Below, in pieces: positions 1 through 10,479 of a stretch of DNA of 56,598 nt (positions within the stretch are counted from its first letter, which is position 1; every line of letters starts with the position of its first letter). A program made the translations under genes and the position numbers. The notes beneath the pieces are model-generated. The model was given only the letters and a program-made list of their open reading frames with translations. It was not told the origin of the DNA and made no database searches. The stretch is from Polyangia bacterium (GTDB lineage Bacteria > Myxococcota_A > Polyangia > Fen-1088): positions 1-56,598 of the forward strand of contig DASXQB010000226.1 of assembly GCA_036493295.1 (NCBI GenBank), written 5' to 3'.

Positions 1-466
1 ACAGCCGGTGCTGGCCGATCCGCGCGCCGTCGAGCAGATCCTCACCAACCTGGTCGACAACGCCATCAAGTACTGCCCCAACGCCACGCTGACGGTGCGC
101 GCCGCCGCGGTCGGAACGCGGGTGCGGGTCTCGGTGGTGGACACCGGTCCCGGCGTCGAGCCGCGCCACATCCCTCGGCTGTTCGAACGGTTCTACCGCG
201 TCGACGCCGGCCGTTCGCGCGACACGGGCGGAACCGGGCTGGGCCTGTCGATCGTCAAGCACCTGGTCGAGGCGATGAACGGCAGCGTGGGCGTGGACAG
301 CGCGCCGGCCGCCGGCAGCACGTTCTGGTTCGAACTTCCCATGGCCCCGGTGGGCGGCGTGGCCGCCGGTGGGCCGATCGGGGAACACGATGGACCCGAC
401 AGCGGCGATCTTTCGCCCGACAGTCCGGCCGACGACACTGACAGTGACAGCGCCGCCGAGAGTTAA
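1..466 (+). CDS. sensor histidine kinase, C-terminal HATPase_c fragment (5' end outside window)
   Basis: The ORF is open from the window edge. It carries an N-box ([11 protein letters not shown]), a G1 box (DTGPGV) and a G2 box ([12 protein letters not shown]). Stop codon at 464-466. Confidence 0.85.
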   Translation, partial: QPVLADPRAVEQILTNLVDNAIKYCPNATLTVRAAAVGTRVRVSVVDTGPGVEPRHIPRLFERFYRVDAGRSRDTGGTGLGLSIVKHLVEAMNGSVGVDSAPAAGSTFWFELPMAPVGGVAAGGPIGEHDGPDSGDLSPDSPADDTDSDSAAES

Positions 467-476
467 GGCGCTTGAC

Positions 477-1016
477 CTAGTCGGCGCGCAGGGGGCGCCC
501 GCCGTCTTCGGCGATTGACTCGCGCAGGGCCACGTAGGCCCGGTGGGCGCGCAGCTTGACCGCGTTCACCGTGGTGCCCATCGCCTTGGCGGCCTCGCGC
601 AAGGACATCCCGTCCTGTTTGATCAGCTCGAAGGTGGTGCGTTGTGCTTTTGGCAGCTGGGAGAGCTGGCGCTCCAGGGTTTCGGCCACTCGCTTTGAAT
701 GCAGCAGCTCGTCGGACGCCGGCTCGGTCAGCGGATCCAGCGCGGACATCCAGTCGCTGGCTTCGTTCTCGCGCTTGCGCCGGCGGATGCTGTCGATCAG
801 CAGCCGCCGGGCGATGGCGAACGCCCACGGCGTGACGTCGGCGCCCAGCAAGAAACGCCCGCGCGAGCAGTGAATCTGCAGCATGGTTTGCTGCAACAGA
901 TCCTCGGCGCGCCCGCGATCGCGGGTCTGGCGCAACAGATAACGATAAAGCCGCGGCGCCAGCTCGTCATAGACATCGCCAAATGCTTTGTCCTCTCCCA
1001 CGGCGTACCGGTCCAT
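477..1016 (-). CDS. ECF-type sigma-70 family RNA polymerase sigma factor
   Basis: Region 2-like (LLQQTMLQIH, TPWAFAIARRLLIDSIRRR) and region 4 HTH (MSLREAAKAMGTTVNAVKLRAHRA). I chose the ATG at 1016 (MDRYAV...). The ORF stays open to 1517 but the upstream part is not sigma-like. Confidence 0.85.
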   Translation of the reverse strand: MDRYAVGEDKAFGDVYDELAPRLYRYLLRQTRDRGRAEDLLQQTMLQIHCSRGRFLLGADVTPWAFAIARRLLIDSIRRRKRENEASDWMSALDPLTEPASDELLHSKRVAETLERQLSQLPKAQRTTFELIKQDGMSLREAAKAMGTTVNAVKLRAHRAYVALRESIAEDGGRPLRAD

Positions 1017-1416
1017 AGCCCGATTTGCGCTGGCCGCGCCCGGCCGCGCGGAGCCCATCGGCGCCTCGACGGACCAGCCGTTCGTCGCACCGGGAGACAC
1101 CCAATGGTGCGCGGGAGCGAAATGACGATCGCGAGGCGGATGCGGAGTTTTAGCGGAGATCATCGGTTGCCTGACCTTTCGGTGCGACGTTCGTGGCTTA
1201 CTGCCCGGACGAAATGCACCTCGTGTGCCGGCCGCAGATGCCGCCCCCACCGCGGATCCTGGTCGGGCCGCCATGCTGGAATTGGCACGATCGCTGGCCG
1301 CCGTCGTGTCGTCTCCGGCATACCTGTGCCGGTTCAAGCGCGACCAAGTCGGCCGCTGTGTCGGTGCACAGCGCGCCGCACCGCCGGTCTGGTCCTTGCT
1401 GCGATCCTGTGAGACA

Positions 1417-2916
<1,500 letters not shown>

Positions 2917-3076
2917 TGCGCATCTCGCAAATGATTGCCCCCCTCCGCGGACTGACAGCCCAACCTCCTCGCCTTCGCGGCTTGGGCGCGGACTGTTAGG
3001 CCACGGCGGAAATTGTTGGGGTCGACCAGCGTCGGGTTTACTGTGGGAGGACCCGAGTCGGCGGGCCGGAAAGGCC

Positions 3077-4003
3077 ATGACGTCAACGTTCGCGACTTTC
3101 ATGTTCTCCCTCTGCGTCGCGGCCACCGCCGTGACTTCCGGCTGTGGCTCGTCGGTGAAAAATCCTTTCGACGGTGGCGCTGTCATCGCCGACGGCGGGC
3201 CGCGCGGCTTCGTCAAGACCGAAGCGGGCGGCTTCGAGCTGGGCGCGGCATTCAACGGCGAGGCGACCGCCGTCGCTGATCCCGGCATCCAAGTCGGTCG
3301 GTCGGGCGGAACCTGCTATCAGTTGCTGGGCGTGGTGCGCGACTTCAAGGGACGAAACGAAGTCAACGGCCACCCGGACTTTCAAGCTTTCACCGGCAGC
3401 GGCACGACGCCCGGGCTGATCGCAAGCATGCTCGGCGCCGATCACAAGCCGGTCTATTCCTCGCGGTGCGAGGCCGGTGCTGCGCACAACAGCACGTGCC
3501 CGTTCGGGCAGCAGACCACCAGCAAGGCGGCGTTCGACCAGTGGTACCGGGCCGCGCCTGGGGTGAACAAACAGTTCTTCCTGGCGCTGACCTTCGACAA
3601 GCTGACGTCGGGGATCTCCACCTTCCAAAGCCAGCACTTTTTCCCGCTCGATGGCCAAGGCTGGGGAACCAGCGGTCTGGATGACCTTGGCATTGAACAC
3701 AACTTCGGCTTCACCACCGAGCTGCACACCACGTTCGCTTACGGCGGTGGCGAGACGTTCACCTTCAGCGGCGACGACGATCTGTGGGTGTTCATCAACG
3801 GTCACCTGGCGATTGATCTTGGCGGCCTGCACGAGGTGCTCAGCAGGACTGTCACGCTGGACGCCAGCGCGACCGCGCTGGGCATCAGTAAAGGCAGCAA
3901 CTATCCGTTGGATCTCTTTCACGCTGAACGTCACACCAACGGTTCGCACTTTCGCGTCGACACCAACTTTGTCTTCGTCGACTGCGGCGTGATCATTCCA
4001 TAG
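3077..4003 (+). CDS. fibro-slime (PA14-like) domain lipoprotein
   Basis: Lipobox LCVAATAVTSGC. Fibro-slime core FTFSGDDDLWVFINGHLAIDLGGLH...DLFHAERHTNGSHFRVDT. Confidence 0.75.
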   Translation: MTSTFATFMFSLCVAATAVTSGCGSSVKNPFDGGAVIADGGPRGFVKTEAGGFELGAAFNGEATAVADPGIQVGRSGGTCYQLLGVVRDFKGRNEVNGHPDFQAFTGSGTTPGLIASMLGADHKPVYSSRCEAGAAHNSTCPFGQQTTSKAAFDQWYRAAPGVNKQFFLALTFDKLTSGISTFQSQHFFPLDGQGWGTSGLDDLGIEHNFGFTTELHTTFAYGGGETFTFSGDDDLWVFINGHLAIDLGGLHEVLSRTVTLDASATALGISKGSNYPLDLFHAERHTNGSHFRVDTNFVFVDCGVIIP

Positions 4004-4035
4004 CCGACCATCGCCAAGGTCGGTAGGCTGCGCCG

Positions 4036-6606
4036 GTGATGCATCGGTTTGTTCACGGGCTGGCGCTGGCGGCGCTGCTGGCCGCCGGCTGCGGCGTCGA
4101 TCGGCCGGTGGGTCCGCGGCCGCGGGTCATCGAGATCGACATCGACGACCACGGCCTGGCCGGCCTGGCGATGGCCAACGCGCCCAACATCAAGGCGCTG
4201 ATCGCGCGCGGCACGCTGGCCTTCTCGCGGGTCATCGTTCCCACCCACAGCAATCAAAACAACATGAGCCTGCTCACCGGGCAATACCCGGAGGGCCACA
4301 ACGTGCCGTCGAATTCGTGGCTGTCGCGGGCCAATGATTTTCTCGAGCCGGTGGCGCTGCCGGGTTTGAACGTCGGCGATTATGTGCTGTGGAACAAGAA
4401 CCCGCTGCGCACGCGAGGCGACAGCGTGTACGGGGCGGCGAAGCGTCAGAAGCTGCGCACGGCGTACGTCGGGCCGCTGCCGCCGTTCGAGGCCGGCGCC
4501 GACGACAGCCGCCTGACCATCATCGGCACCGAGTTTGGTGGCGGCGTGGTGGACGTTCGCCTGGCCAAGGCTCTTTTGACTAGCATTCTCGAATACCCGC
4601 AGGCGGTGGTCGATGGCTATCACTTCGAAGGTCCACCGGCGGCTGGCCAGTCGCTGACCAACTTCACCATCCGGCAAGCAGCGGCGCTGGTGCGGCAGAG
4701 CGCGGATTTGCCCGACTATATGTTCGTCTTCGATTTCATCGCCCTCGACGGCGATCCGACCAGCAAGAGCGGCGCCTCCGGACCCGACGTGGTGAAGATC
4801 ATCGAAGACTACGACGACGCCATCGGCGATCTGATCGCGGCGCTGTCCGCGCGCGGTTGGCTGGCCGACACCAACATCGTCTTCACCATGGACCACGGCA
4901 AGGTCGACACGCACAACCAGGTGTCGTTCGGCAGCCACGGCAAGAGCGGCAGCATGGAGGCCGACGGCCAGCTGGGCGCGCTGGTGACGGCGCAAGGCGC
5001 GGCGCTGGGCATCACCACGTCGGACTATGCGGTGCTGAACGAAGACGGCGACGTGCTGGTTTACTCTCGCGCGGCGGGCGCGGGCACGCCGGCGGGAGCG
5101 GACCGTCAGGCCGCGATCACGCAGGCGCTTTTGACCCTGATTCAATCGGGCGCCATCGTCGGCGTGGACACCACGCGCACGCTGACCGCCGACGGTGCGA
5201 TGGGGACGCGGCGGTTCCACGACTTTCGCGGCTCGGGGCCGAACCAGGCCGACATCATCGTGTTCCCGAAGGACGACTGGACGCTGAACCAGGTCGATGC
5301 GGCGCTGCCGCCGGGGCCATTCCACGCCGACACCAACGAACCCTACGGGCGGCACGGCGGGTTCTCCGTCGACGAGCTCTACGTTCCGCTGATCATGGCC
5401 GGCCCGGCGTTCAAGCAAGGCGTGCTGCTGCCGCATCCGGTGGATCACCCGCAGGTGGCGCCGACCGCGCTCCGCACGCTGCCCGGCGTGGTGTTGCAGA
5501 CGGCCGCGGAGGGACCGATCAGCGCCGCGCTGGCCGGTGACGACAGCGAGACCATCCTGCAGCCGGCGCCGCTGGATCTGGCCAGCGCGCGCGAGCAGGT
5601 GTTGCGCGGCAGCGGCTATCTGGGCGCCTTCGCCTTGCCGGCGGCGGCTGCTACCGCGGCGATCGTCGTCGACGTCGCGGGATTGTATGAAGATGAGATC
5701 TTCGTCGACGGCGACGCTGGCGTTGCCGCCGCCGCCGCGCCGCTGCGCGCGCTGGCCGATCGCGGAACCCGCTTCGCCGATTTCTGGCTGCGCTATCAAG
5801 ACTGGCCGGTGACCGAGTTCCAGATGTTGACCGGCGGTTACCCCACGGCGGTGCCATGGATCTCCACCGCCGAGGATGATCCTGCCGACGTGGTGCTGCC
5901 GGCGGCGGGCCTCCTGGCCATGCCGCCGCCGGTGAATCGCATCGCCAATCAGCCGGCGTTCGAGCAATGGCGGACGACGCAGGTGTTCGCCGGCGAGACG
6001 CTGTTCGACGCCGCCAAGAAGCTGGGCGCGACCACGGCGTTGGTGGGTCCGATCGACTTTCACGATCGGCACATCAATGCCGCGGCTATCGACGAGCGCA
6101 TGGACGCCGATCTGACCAGCGCGCCCGGCGTCGTGCGCAATTTGCTGGCGGCGCACCCGAACGCAGTGGTGGTGGTGGCGCTGGGCAGCCCGCGCACCGG
6201 CGATCGTCACACCCAGGCGGCCATCGACGAGTTGACCGCTCTTGCCAGCGCGGTCAGCGCCATCGCCGACGCCGCGCCGAACGCGCTGCTGATCATCACC
6301 AGCCGGGGCGGGGCAGGCATCGACGATCCGGCGACGGATTTTTATGGGCCGGGCAGCGCCCGCCACGTGCCGCTGATTGTGCTGGGCCCGAACGTGCGTG
6401 CCGGCATCGTCACTAGCCAGACCGGATCAGCGGCCGATATTCTGGCCACGGTGCTGGCCGGACTGGGCGCCGTCACCAGCACCGACTTTGTTCAGGGAAC
6501 GTGGGCCGCCGGCCCGGCGGTCAGCGGAATTTTTCAGCCCAGCCCGGCCGGCGCCACCGAGGGGCACGCGCTGCTGCGGGCGTTTGAGCAAGCGCCGGCG
6601 CCGTAA
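4036..6606 (+). CDS. alkaline-phosphatase-superfamily (nucleotide pyrophosphatase/phosphodiesterase-like) lipoprotein, tandem duplicated fold
   Basis: Lipobox LLAAGCG. NPP-like motifs IDIDDHG, PTHSNQNNMSLLTGQYPEGHNV and GRHGG...VPLIMAGP. The C-terminal half holds a second, more degenerate copy (VVDVAG, MLTGGYPT, ARHVPLIVLGP). Confidence 0.7.
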   Translation: MMHRFVHGLALAALLAAGCGVDRPVGPRPRVIEIDIDDHGLAGLAMANAPNIKALIARGTLAFSRVIVPTHSNQNNMSLLTGQYPEGHNVPSNSWLSRANDFLEPVALPGLNVGDYVLWNKNPLRTRGDSVYGAAKRQKLRTAYVGPLPPFEAGADDSRLTIIGTEFGGGVVDVRLAKALLTSILEYPQAVVDGYHFEGPPAAGQSLTNFTIRQAAALVRQSADLPDYMFVFDFIALDGDPTSKSGASGPDVVKIIEDYDDAIGDLIAALSARGWLADTNIVFTMDHGKVDTHNQVSFGSHGKSGSMEADGQLGALVTAQGAALGITTSDYAVLNEDGDVLVYSRAAGAGTPAGADRQAAITQALLTLIQSGAIVGVDTTRTLTADGAMGTRRFHDFRGSGPNQADIIVFPKDDWTLNQVDAALPPGPFHADTNEPYGRHGGFSVDELYVPLIMAGPAFKQGVLLPHPVDHPQVAPTALRTLPGVVLQTAAEGPISAALAGDDSETILQPAPLDLASAREQVLRGSGYLGAFALPAAAATAAIVVDVAGLYEDEIFVDGDAGVAAAAAPLRALADRGTRFADFWLRYQDWPVTEFQMLTGGYPTAVPWISTAEDDPADVVLPAAGLLAMPPPVNRIANQPAFEQWRTTQVFAGETLFDAAKKLGATTALVGPIDFHDRHINAAAIDERMDADLTSAPGVVRNLLAAHPNAVVVVALGSPRTGDRHTQAAIDELTALASAVSAIADAAPNALLIITSRGGAGIDDPATDFYGPGSARHVPLIVLGPNVRAGIVTSQTGSAADILATVLAGLGAVTSTDFVQGTWAAGPAVSGIFQPSPAGATEGHALLRAFEQAPAP

Positions 6607-6616
6607 AACGGCAGCG

Positions 6617-8041
6617 TTACTTCAGCCACTCCGAGTGGACTGGCCCGCTGCCCGGCTTGTCCAGGCGTTCGTAGGTGTGCGCGCCGAAGGCGTCGCGCTG
6701 GGCCTGGGTCAGGTTCTGCGGCAGGCGCGCCGTGCGATAGCTGTCGAAGTAAGCCAGGCTGGCGGAGAAGGCCGGCGTGGGAATGCCCAGGCTGGCGGCG
6801 GTGGCGACCGTGCGGCGCCAGTTCGGCTGCGCCTCGTAGACCATCGTCTCAAAATCGCTGCCCAGCAGCAGATTGCGGATGTCCGGCGTCGCCTGCAGCG
6901 TGCGCATGATGTTGTCCAGCAGGCGCGCCCGGATGATGCAGCCGCCTTTCCAGATGCGGGCCATCTCGGCGAGGTTGATGTTCCACTTGAACTTGTCGCT
7001 GCCCGCCTTGATCAGGGCCATGCCTTGCGCGTACGAACAGATCTTCGCGCACAGCAAGGCATCGTGAACGGCGGCCACGAAGCTTTCTTTGTCGGCGCCC
7101 GAAAGCGCCGGCGCCGTGCGGGCGCGCAGCTTCTTCTCGGCGGCGACCCGTTCGTCTTTCAAGCTAGACAAACCGCGGCCGTCCAGGGCGGCGGCGATGG
7201 TCGGGATGGTCACGCCCAGATCCAGCGCCAGCTCTGCGGTCCACTTGCCGGTGCCTTTCTGGCCGGCCTTGTCCAGCACCAGATCCACCAGCGGCTTGCC
7301 GGTCTCGCTGTCCTTGACGGTGAGGATCTTGGCGGTGATCTCGATCAGGAACGACGCCAGCGGCCCCTCGTTCCAGCGCGCGAACACCGCGGCGATCTCG
7401 GGCGCCGACATGCCGAGACCACGCGACAGCAGATCGTACGCCTCGGCGATGAGCTGCATGTCGCCGTACTCGATCCCGTTGTGCACCATCTTCACGTAGT
7501 GCCCGGCGCCGTCGGGCCCGACGTGCGTGACACACGGACCCGAGTCGGTCTTGGCGGCGATCGCCTCCAGCACCGGCTTCAACGCCGTCCATGCTTCGTC
7601 GGTGCCGCCCGGCATCAGCGACGGTCCACGCCGCGCGCCTTCTTCGCCGCCCGACACGCCCATGCCGACGAAATGAAAGCCCGACTTGCGCATGTCCTCT
7701 TCGCGGCGGCGGGTCTCGGCGAAGTGCGTGTTGCCGCCGTCGATCACCACGTCGCCCGGCTGCAGGATCGGCTTGAGCTGCTCCAGCACCGAATCGACCG
7801 GCTTGCCGGCCATGATCATCATGAGGATGCGGCGCGGGCGTTCCAGCGACGCCACCAGCTCGGCCAGGTTCTTGGTGCCGACCAGCTTCTTGCCTTTGTT
7901 GTCGGCGAGAAACTTGTCCGTCGCCGGCGCCTCCAGGTTCCACACCGCCACGCGAAACCCGTGCTCTTCGATGTTGAGGGCCAGGTTGCGCCCCATGACG
8001 GCCAAACCGATGACACCGAAGTTCGCATTCTCAGTGGACAT
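6617..8041 (-). CDS. gnd: 6-phosphogluconate dehydrogenase, decarboxylating
   Basis: Rossmann N-terminus GVIGLAVMGRNLALN. Full-length pattern typical of Gnd (GHYVKMVHNGIEYGDMQLIAEAY, 474 aa). Confidence 0.95.
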   Translation of the reverse strand: MSTENANFGVIGLAVMGRNLALNIEEHGFRVAVWNLEAPATDKFLADNKGKKLVGTKNLAELVASLERPRRILMMIMAGKPVDSVLEQLKPILQPGDVVIDGGNTHFAETRRREEDMRKSGFHFVGMGVSGGEEGARRGPSLMPGGTDEAWTALKPVLEAIAAKTDSGPCVTHVGPDGAGHYVKMVHNGIEYGDMQLIAEAYDLLSRGLGMSAPEIAAVFARWNEGPLASFLIEITAKILTVKDSETGKPLVDLVLDKAGQKGTGKWTAELALDLGVTIPTIAAALDGRGLSSLKDERVAAEKKLRARTAPALSGADKESFVAAVHDALLCAKICSYAQGMALIKAGSDKFKWNINLAEMARIWKGGCIIRARLLDNIMRTLQATPDIRNLLLGSDFETMVYEAQPNWRRTVATAASLGIPTPAFSASLAYFDSYRTARLPQNLTQAQRDAFGAHTYERLDKPGSGPVHSEWLK

Positions 8042-8139
8042 GACGATGAGCTCCTTGGCGATGAACGCGCCGGATGGTCCGTCGCGCGCTGCTGTTTTCG
8101 CACAACCGCGGCGCCGGATCGAGGTGGATCAACTACGGA

Positions 8140-9507
8140 TCAGGCGCGGCCCGGTTTCGGTCGGTACAGGTATTCCCCAGCTTTCGGAACATAAAGGATG
8201 CCTTCCGCTTCCCGGTTGCGGAACGACGCCGGATCGATGCTGGCCGGATCGCGATAGCCAAGGTTGATGGCCCGGCAGTCGTCCTCGCTGATGCCGGTGG
8301 CCAACGTGACCTTGATTCGCGGCCGCTCGACGCCGCCCGCGTAGGTGCCGCTGCCCTTGACGTGGGTCGAGTGCGCCACCACGCCCCACGGCACGTGCTT
8401 GAAGCGCTCCCACTGCGCGGTGAAATAATCGCGCACGTGATAGCCGATCTGCCGAATCAAACGCCCGTGCACCACCGACACCTCGCGCAGATGAGGCGCG
8501 TAGAGGATCACCTCGCCACCGTCGGCGATGGCTGGTTCGGTCTTGTACATGCCCTTGGCGCCCACCCACAGCTCGTCGTACATCGGCGGCAGCACCGACA
8601 GCACCTGGTGGAACGATCGATCGGTCCAGATCATGTGGTGCTTGGCCGACAGATCGGCGGCCGCCGCCCACGCGCCCTGGATCGGCCCCGTGTAGACACC
8701 GGCGAGGCCATTGTGCGTGACCACCAAACACACCGCGTGGCGCGGGCGCGGGATCAGGCTGGCCGCCCGATCGATCACCCGCCGCACCGGCGTGTCCTTG
8801 GTGCCGATGATCGAATACGAGGTCATCAGCGCGCCCAGCCAGTGCGTGAGATCGATGATGTCGCTGCCGGCGATGCCGGGAAAAAAGTATTTGTTGCCGC
8901 CCGAGAAACCAACCACCTCGTGCGGAAACACCGGCCCGCACACCAAGAGGTGGTCGTAGTCCAGGATCAGGCGGTTCAAGCGGACCGGCACCTCCAGGCG
9001 CAGCCGGCCGCCTGACAGCGCGCTGATCTCGTCGGCCGGGATGGTGCCCAGGGTGGTCAGGGCCTCCGGGTTGTTCCAGGCGTGGTTGATGATCCGAACG
9101 TTCTTGTACGTGGTGGCCTTCTGCTCGGGTGTCAGGCCCACCAGCGCCAGCAGCGCCGCTTCCGACATCGGCGGGTGCGTGCCCAGCGCCACCAAAAAAT
9201 CCAGATCCCGCACCCGCGGTAACAGCGCGCGGGTCAGCAGGCGAAACAGCAGCGCGCCGGGGAACGTCCGCGTGCTGTCGGGGATCAGCACCAGCACCCG
9301 TTGCCCGTCGAGGGGCAGCGCAGCCAGCCCGCGCAAGACAGCGTCGGCGACGTCAGCTTCTGGCAAGGCGCCAGAGTCCACGCCGCGTCCGATGGTCTCG
9401 TTCACGAGGCTGAGTATATGAAGCAGATCGACCCTGCTCGGCAAGACTGGATCGTCGCGGCGGCCAGGGGCGATGGGCCAGCGGCGGACGAAACGAAACC
9501 CGGCCAC
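8140..9507 (-). CDS. LarA-like protein (lactate racemase N-terminal domain / DUF2088 family)
   Basis: Motifs LVLIPDSTRTFP, ALGTHPPMSE and GPVFPHEVVGFSGGNKYFFPGIAG. GTG start at 9507. Confidence 0.75.
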   Translation of the reverse strand: MAGFRFVRRWPIAPGRRDDPVLPSRVDLLHILSLVNETIGRGVDSGALPEADVADAVLRGLAALPLDGQRVLVLIPDSTRTFPGALLFRLLTRALLPRVRDLDFLVALGTHPPMSEAALLALVGLTPEQKATTYKNVRIINHAWNNPEALTTLGTIPADEISALSGGRLRLEVPVRLNRLILDYDHLLVCGPVFPHEVVGFSGGNKYFFPGIAGSDIIDLTHWLGALMTSYSIIGTKDTPVRRVIDRAASLIPRPRHAVCLVVTHNGLAGVYTGPIQGAWAAAADLSAKHHMIWTDRSFHQVLSVLPPMYDELWVGAKGMYKTEPAIADGGEVILYAPHLREVSVVHGRLIRQIGYHVRDYFTAQWERFKHVPWGVVAHSTHVKGSGTYAGGVERPRIKVTLATGISEDDCRAINLGYRDPASIDPASFRNREAEGILYVPKAGEYLYRPKPGRA

Positions 9508-9585
9508 CGCAGAAACGGCGACCGGGTTTCCTTCAAAATGTGGACGTCACGATTCCGCTGGAACCGCGACAGCGAGACTGAAGCT

Positions 9586-10254
9586 TCAGGGATTCGCGCC
9601 CTGCATGATCCAGTTCTTGATCGTCATTTGATCGGCGGTGGTCAGGTACGGCGGACCGCTGCGCGGCATCTGCATGCCGCAGCCCGTGCCCAACGTGGCG
9701 GTCGTTTCGCTGATCTTGAGGTAAAGGAAGCTCATCGCCGGGTTACCGGCGACCACGCGCTTCTTGCTGGCGTTGTTCGCACAGTTAGTGGTGGTCGCGG
9801 CCATCACGGTGGTCAGCGAAGCGACCGACAGTCCGCCGTCGGTGCCGTGGCAGCCGGCGCAGTTCTTGGTGAGAATCGGCTTGACGTCGGTGGCGAAGGT
9901 CAACATCGCGCCACCGCCCATGTCGGTGCCGCCACCAGCGTCCATCTTGGCGCCGCCGGTGCCGCCGCCGGCATCCATCTTGGCGCCGCCGGTGCCGCCC
10001 ATGGTGGTGCCGCCCGTGCCGGTGGTCATCATCATGCCACCCGTGCCGGTGGTCATGGTGCCGCCCGTACCGGTGCTGCCGCCCGTGCCAGTGGTCATCA
10101 TCATGCCGCCGGATCCCGATCCAGTGGCGCCGCCACTGCCCGAGCCGCCAGTCGGCGGCTCATACGGTTCGGACGTCGTGCAACTGAACGTGGCTCCCAG
10201 GGTGGCGAACGAGATCAACGTGAGGGGAAGGGCGAACGAGCGCGCAAGGAACAT
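9586..10254 (-). CDS. lipoprotein with Gly/Thr/Met repeat linker and C-terminal c-type cytochrome (PSCyt1-like) domain
   Basis: The ATG at 10254 is preceded by AGGAGG. Signal/lipobox LISFATLGATFSC. Heme motif CAGCH (9847-9861) in the context VKPILTKNCAGCHG...VVAGNPAMSFLYLKI. Confidence 0.7.
   Translation of the reverse strand: MFLARSFALPLTLISFATLGATFSCTTSEPYEPPTGGSGSGGATGSGSGGMMMTTGTGGSTGTGGTMTTGTGGMMMTTGTGGTTMGGTGGAKMDAGGGTGGAKMDAGGGTDMGGGAMLTFATDVKPILTKNCAGCHGTDGGLSVASLTTVMAATTTNCANNASKKRVVAGNPAMSFLYLKISETTATLGTGCGMQMPRSGPPYLTTADQMTIKNWIMQGANP
9925..10145 (-). repeat. in-frame tandem DNA repeats encoding the Gly/Thr/Met-rich linker
   Basis: A 26-nt identical block tccatcttggcgccgccggtgccgcc occurs at 9941 and 9974 (33-bp period, GGTGGAKMDAG x2). 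The block gccgcccgtgcc(g/a)gtggtcatcatcatgcc occurs near 10008 and 10078 (69-bp period, GGMMMTTGTGG x2). Confidence 0.8.
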
Positions 10255-10479
10255 GTGGAACCTCCTGTGCGTGAACAAACTGCGTCGGTGGATTTCGACA
10301 CGCGACAGGATCCACTGCGCTCCCCGACCCGCCCTAACCAACACCGTTCGCCGGGGGTCCAATCTCGTTTCAGTCCGAGGCGCCTACATTAGCCCGAATC
10401 GGCGTCGGTCAACCGAAAAAAACCGGGTTCCCGCGACTAAAACGATAAAACGTTTGGGCGGGTACGGCGCCTGGACCAA

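Noticed and set aside
1283-1297. TGGCAC-gatcg-CTGG as a sigma-54 promoter for the bEBP gene
   Set aside because: The -24 element is perfect, but the invariant -12 GC is missing at the correct spacing (GG instead). A similar near-miss TGGAAA-cgaat-TTGG occurs at 44029-44043 upstream of the GAF kinase.
3931-6366. 811-aa minus-strand ORF antisense to the phosphodiesterase-like gene
   Set aside because: The translation is Arg/Gly/Ala/Gln-rich and low in complexity, with no family motifs. Long stop-free antisense frames are expected at this GC content. The plus-strand frame has clear lipobox and enzyme motifs.
6377-8194. 605-aa plus-strand ORF antisense to gnd
   Set aside because: It is the same high-GC artefact. 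gnd on the minus strand is unambiguous.
10405-10425. A run of seven A (U7 on the minus strand) after the S8 stop, considered as an intrinsic terminator
   Set aside because: The preceding GC palindrome (CGGGAACCCG) can form only a 3-bp stem with a 4-nt loop, which is too weak to call. The same applies to CCCGC-N7-GCGGG at 22487-22503 downstream of rnhB.
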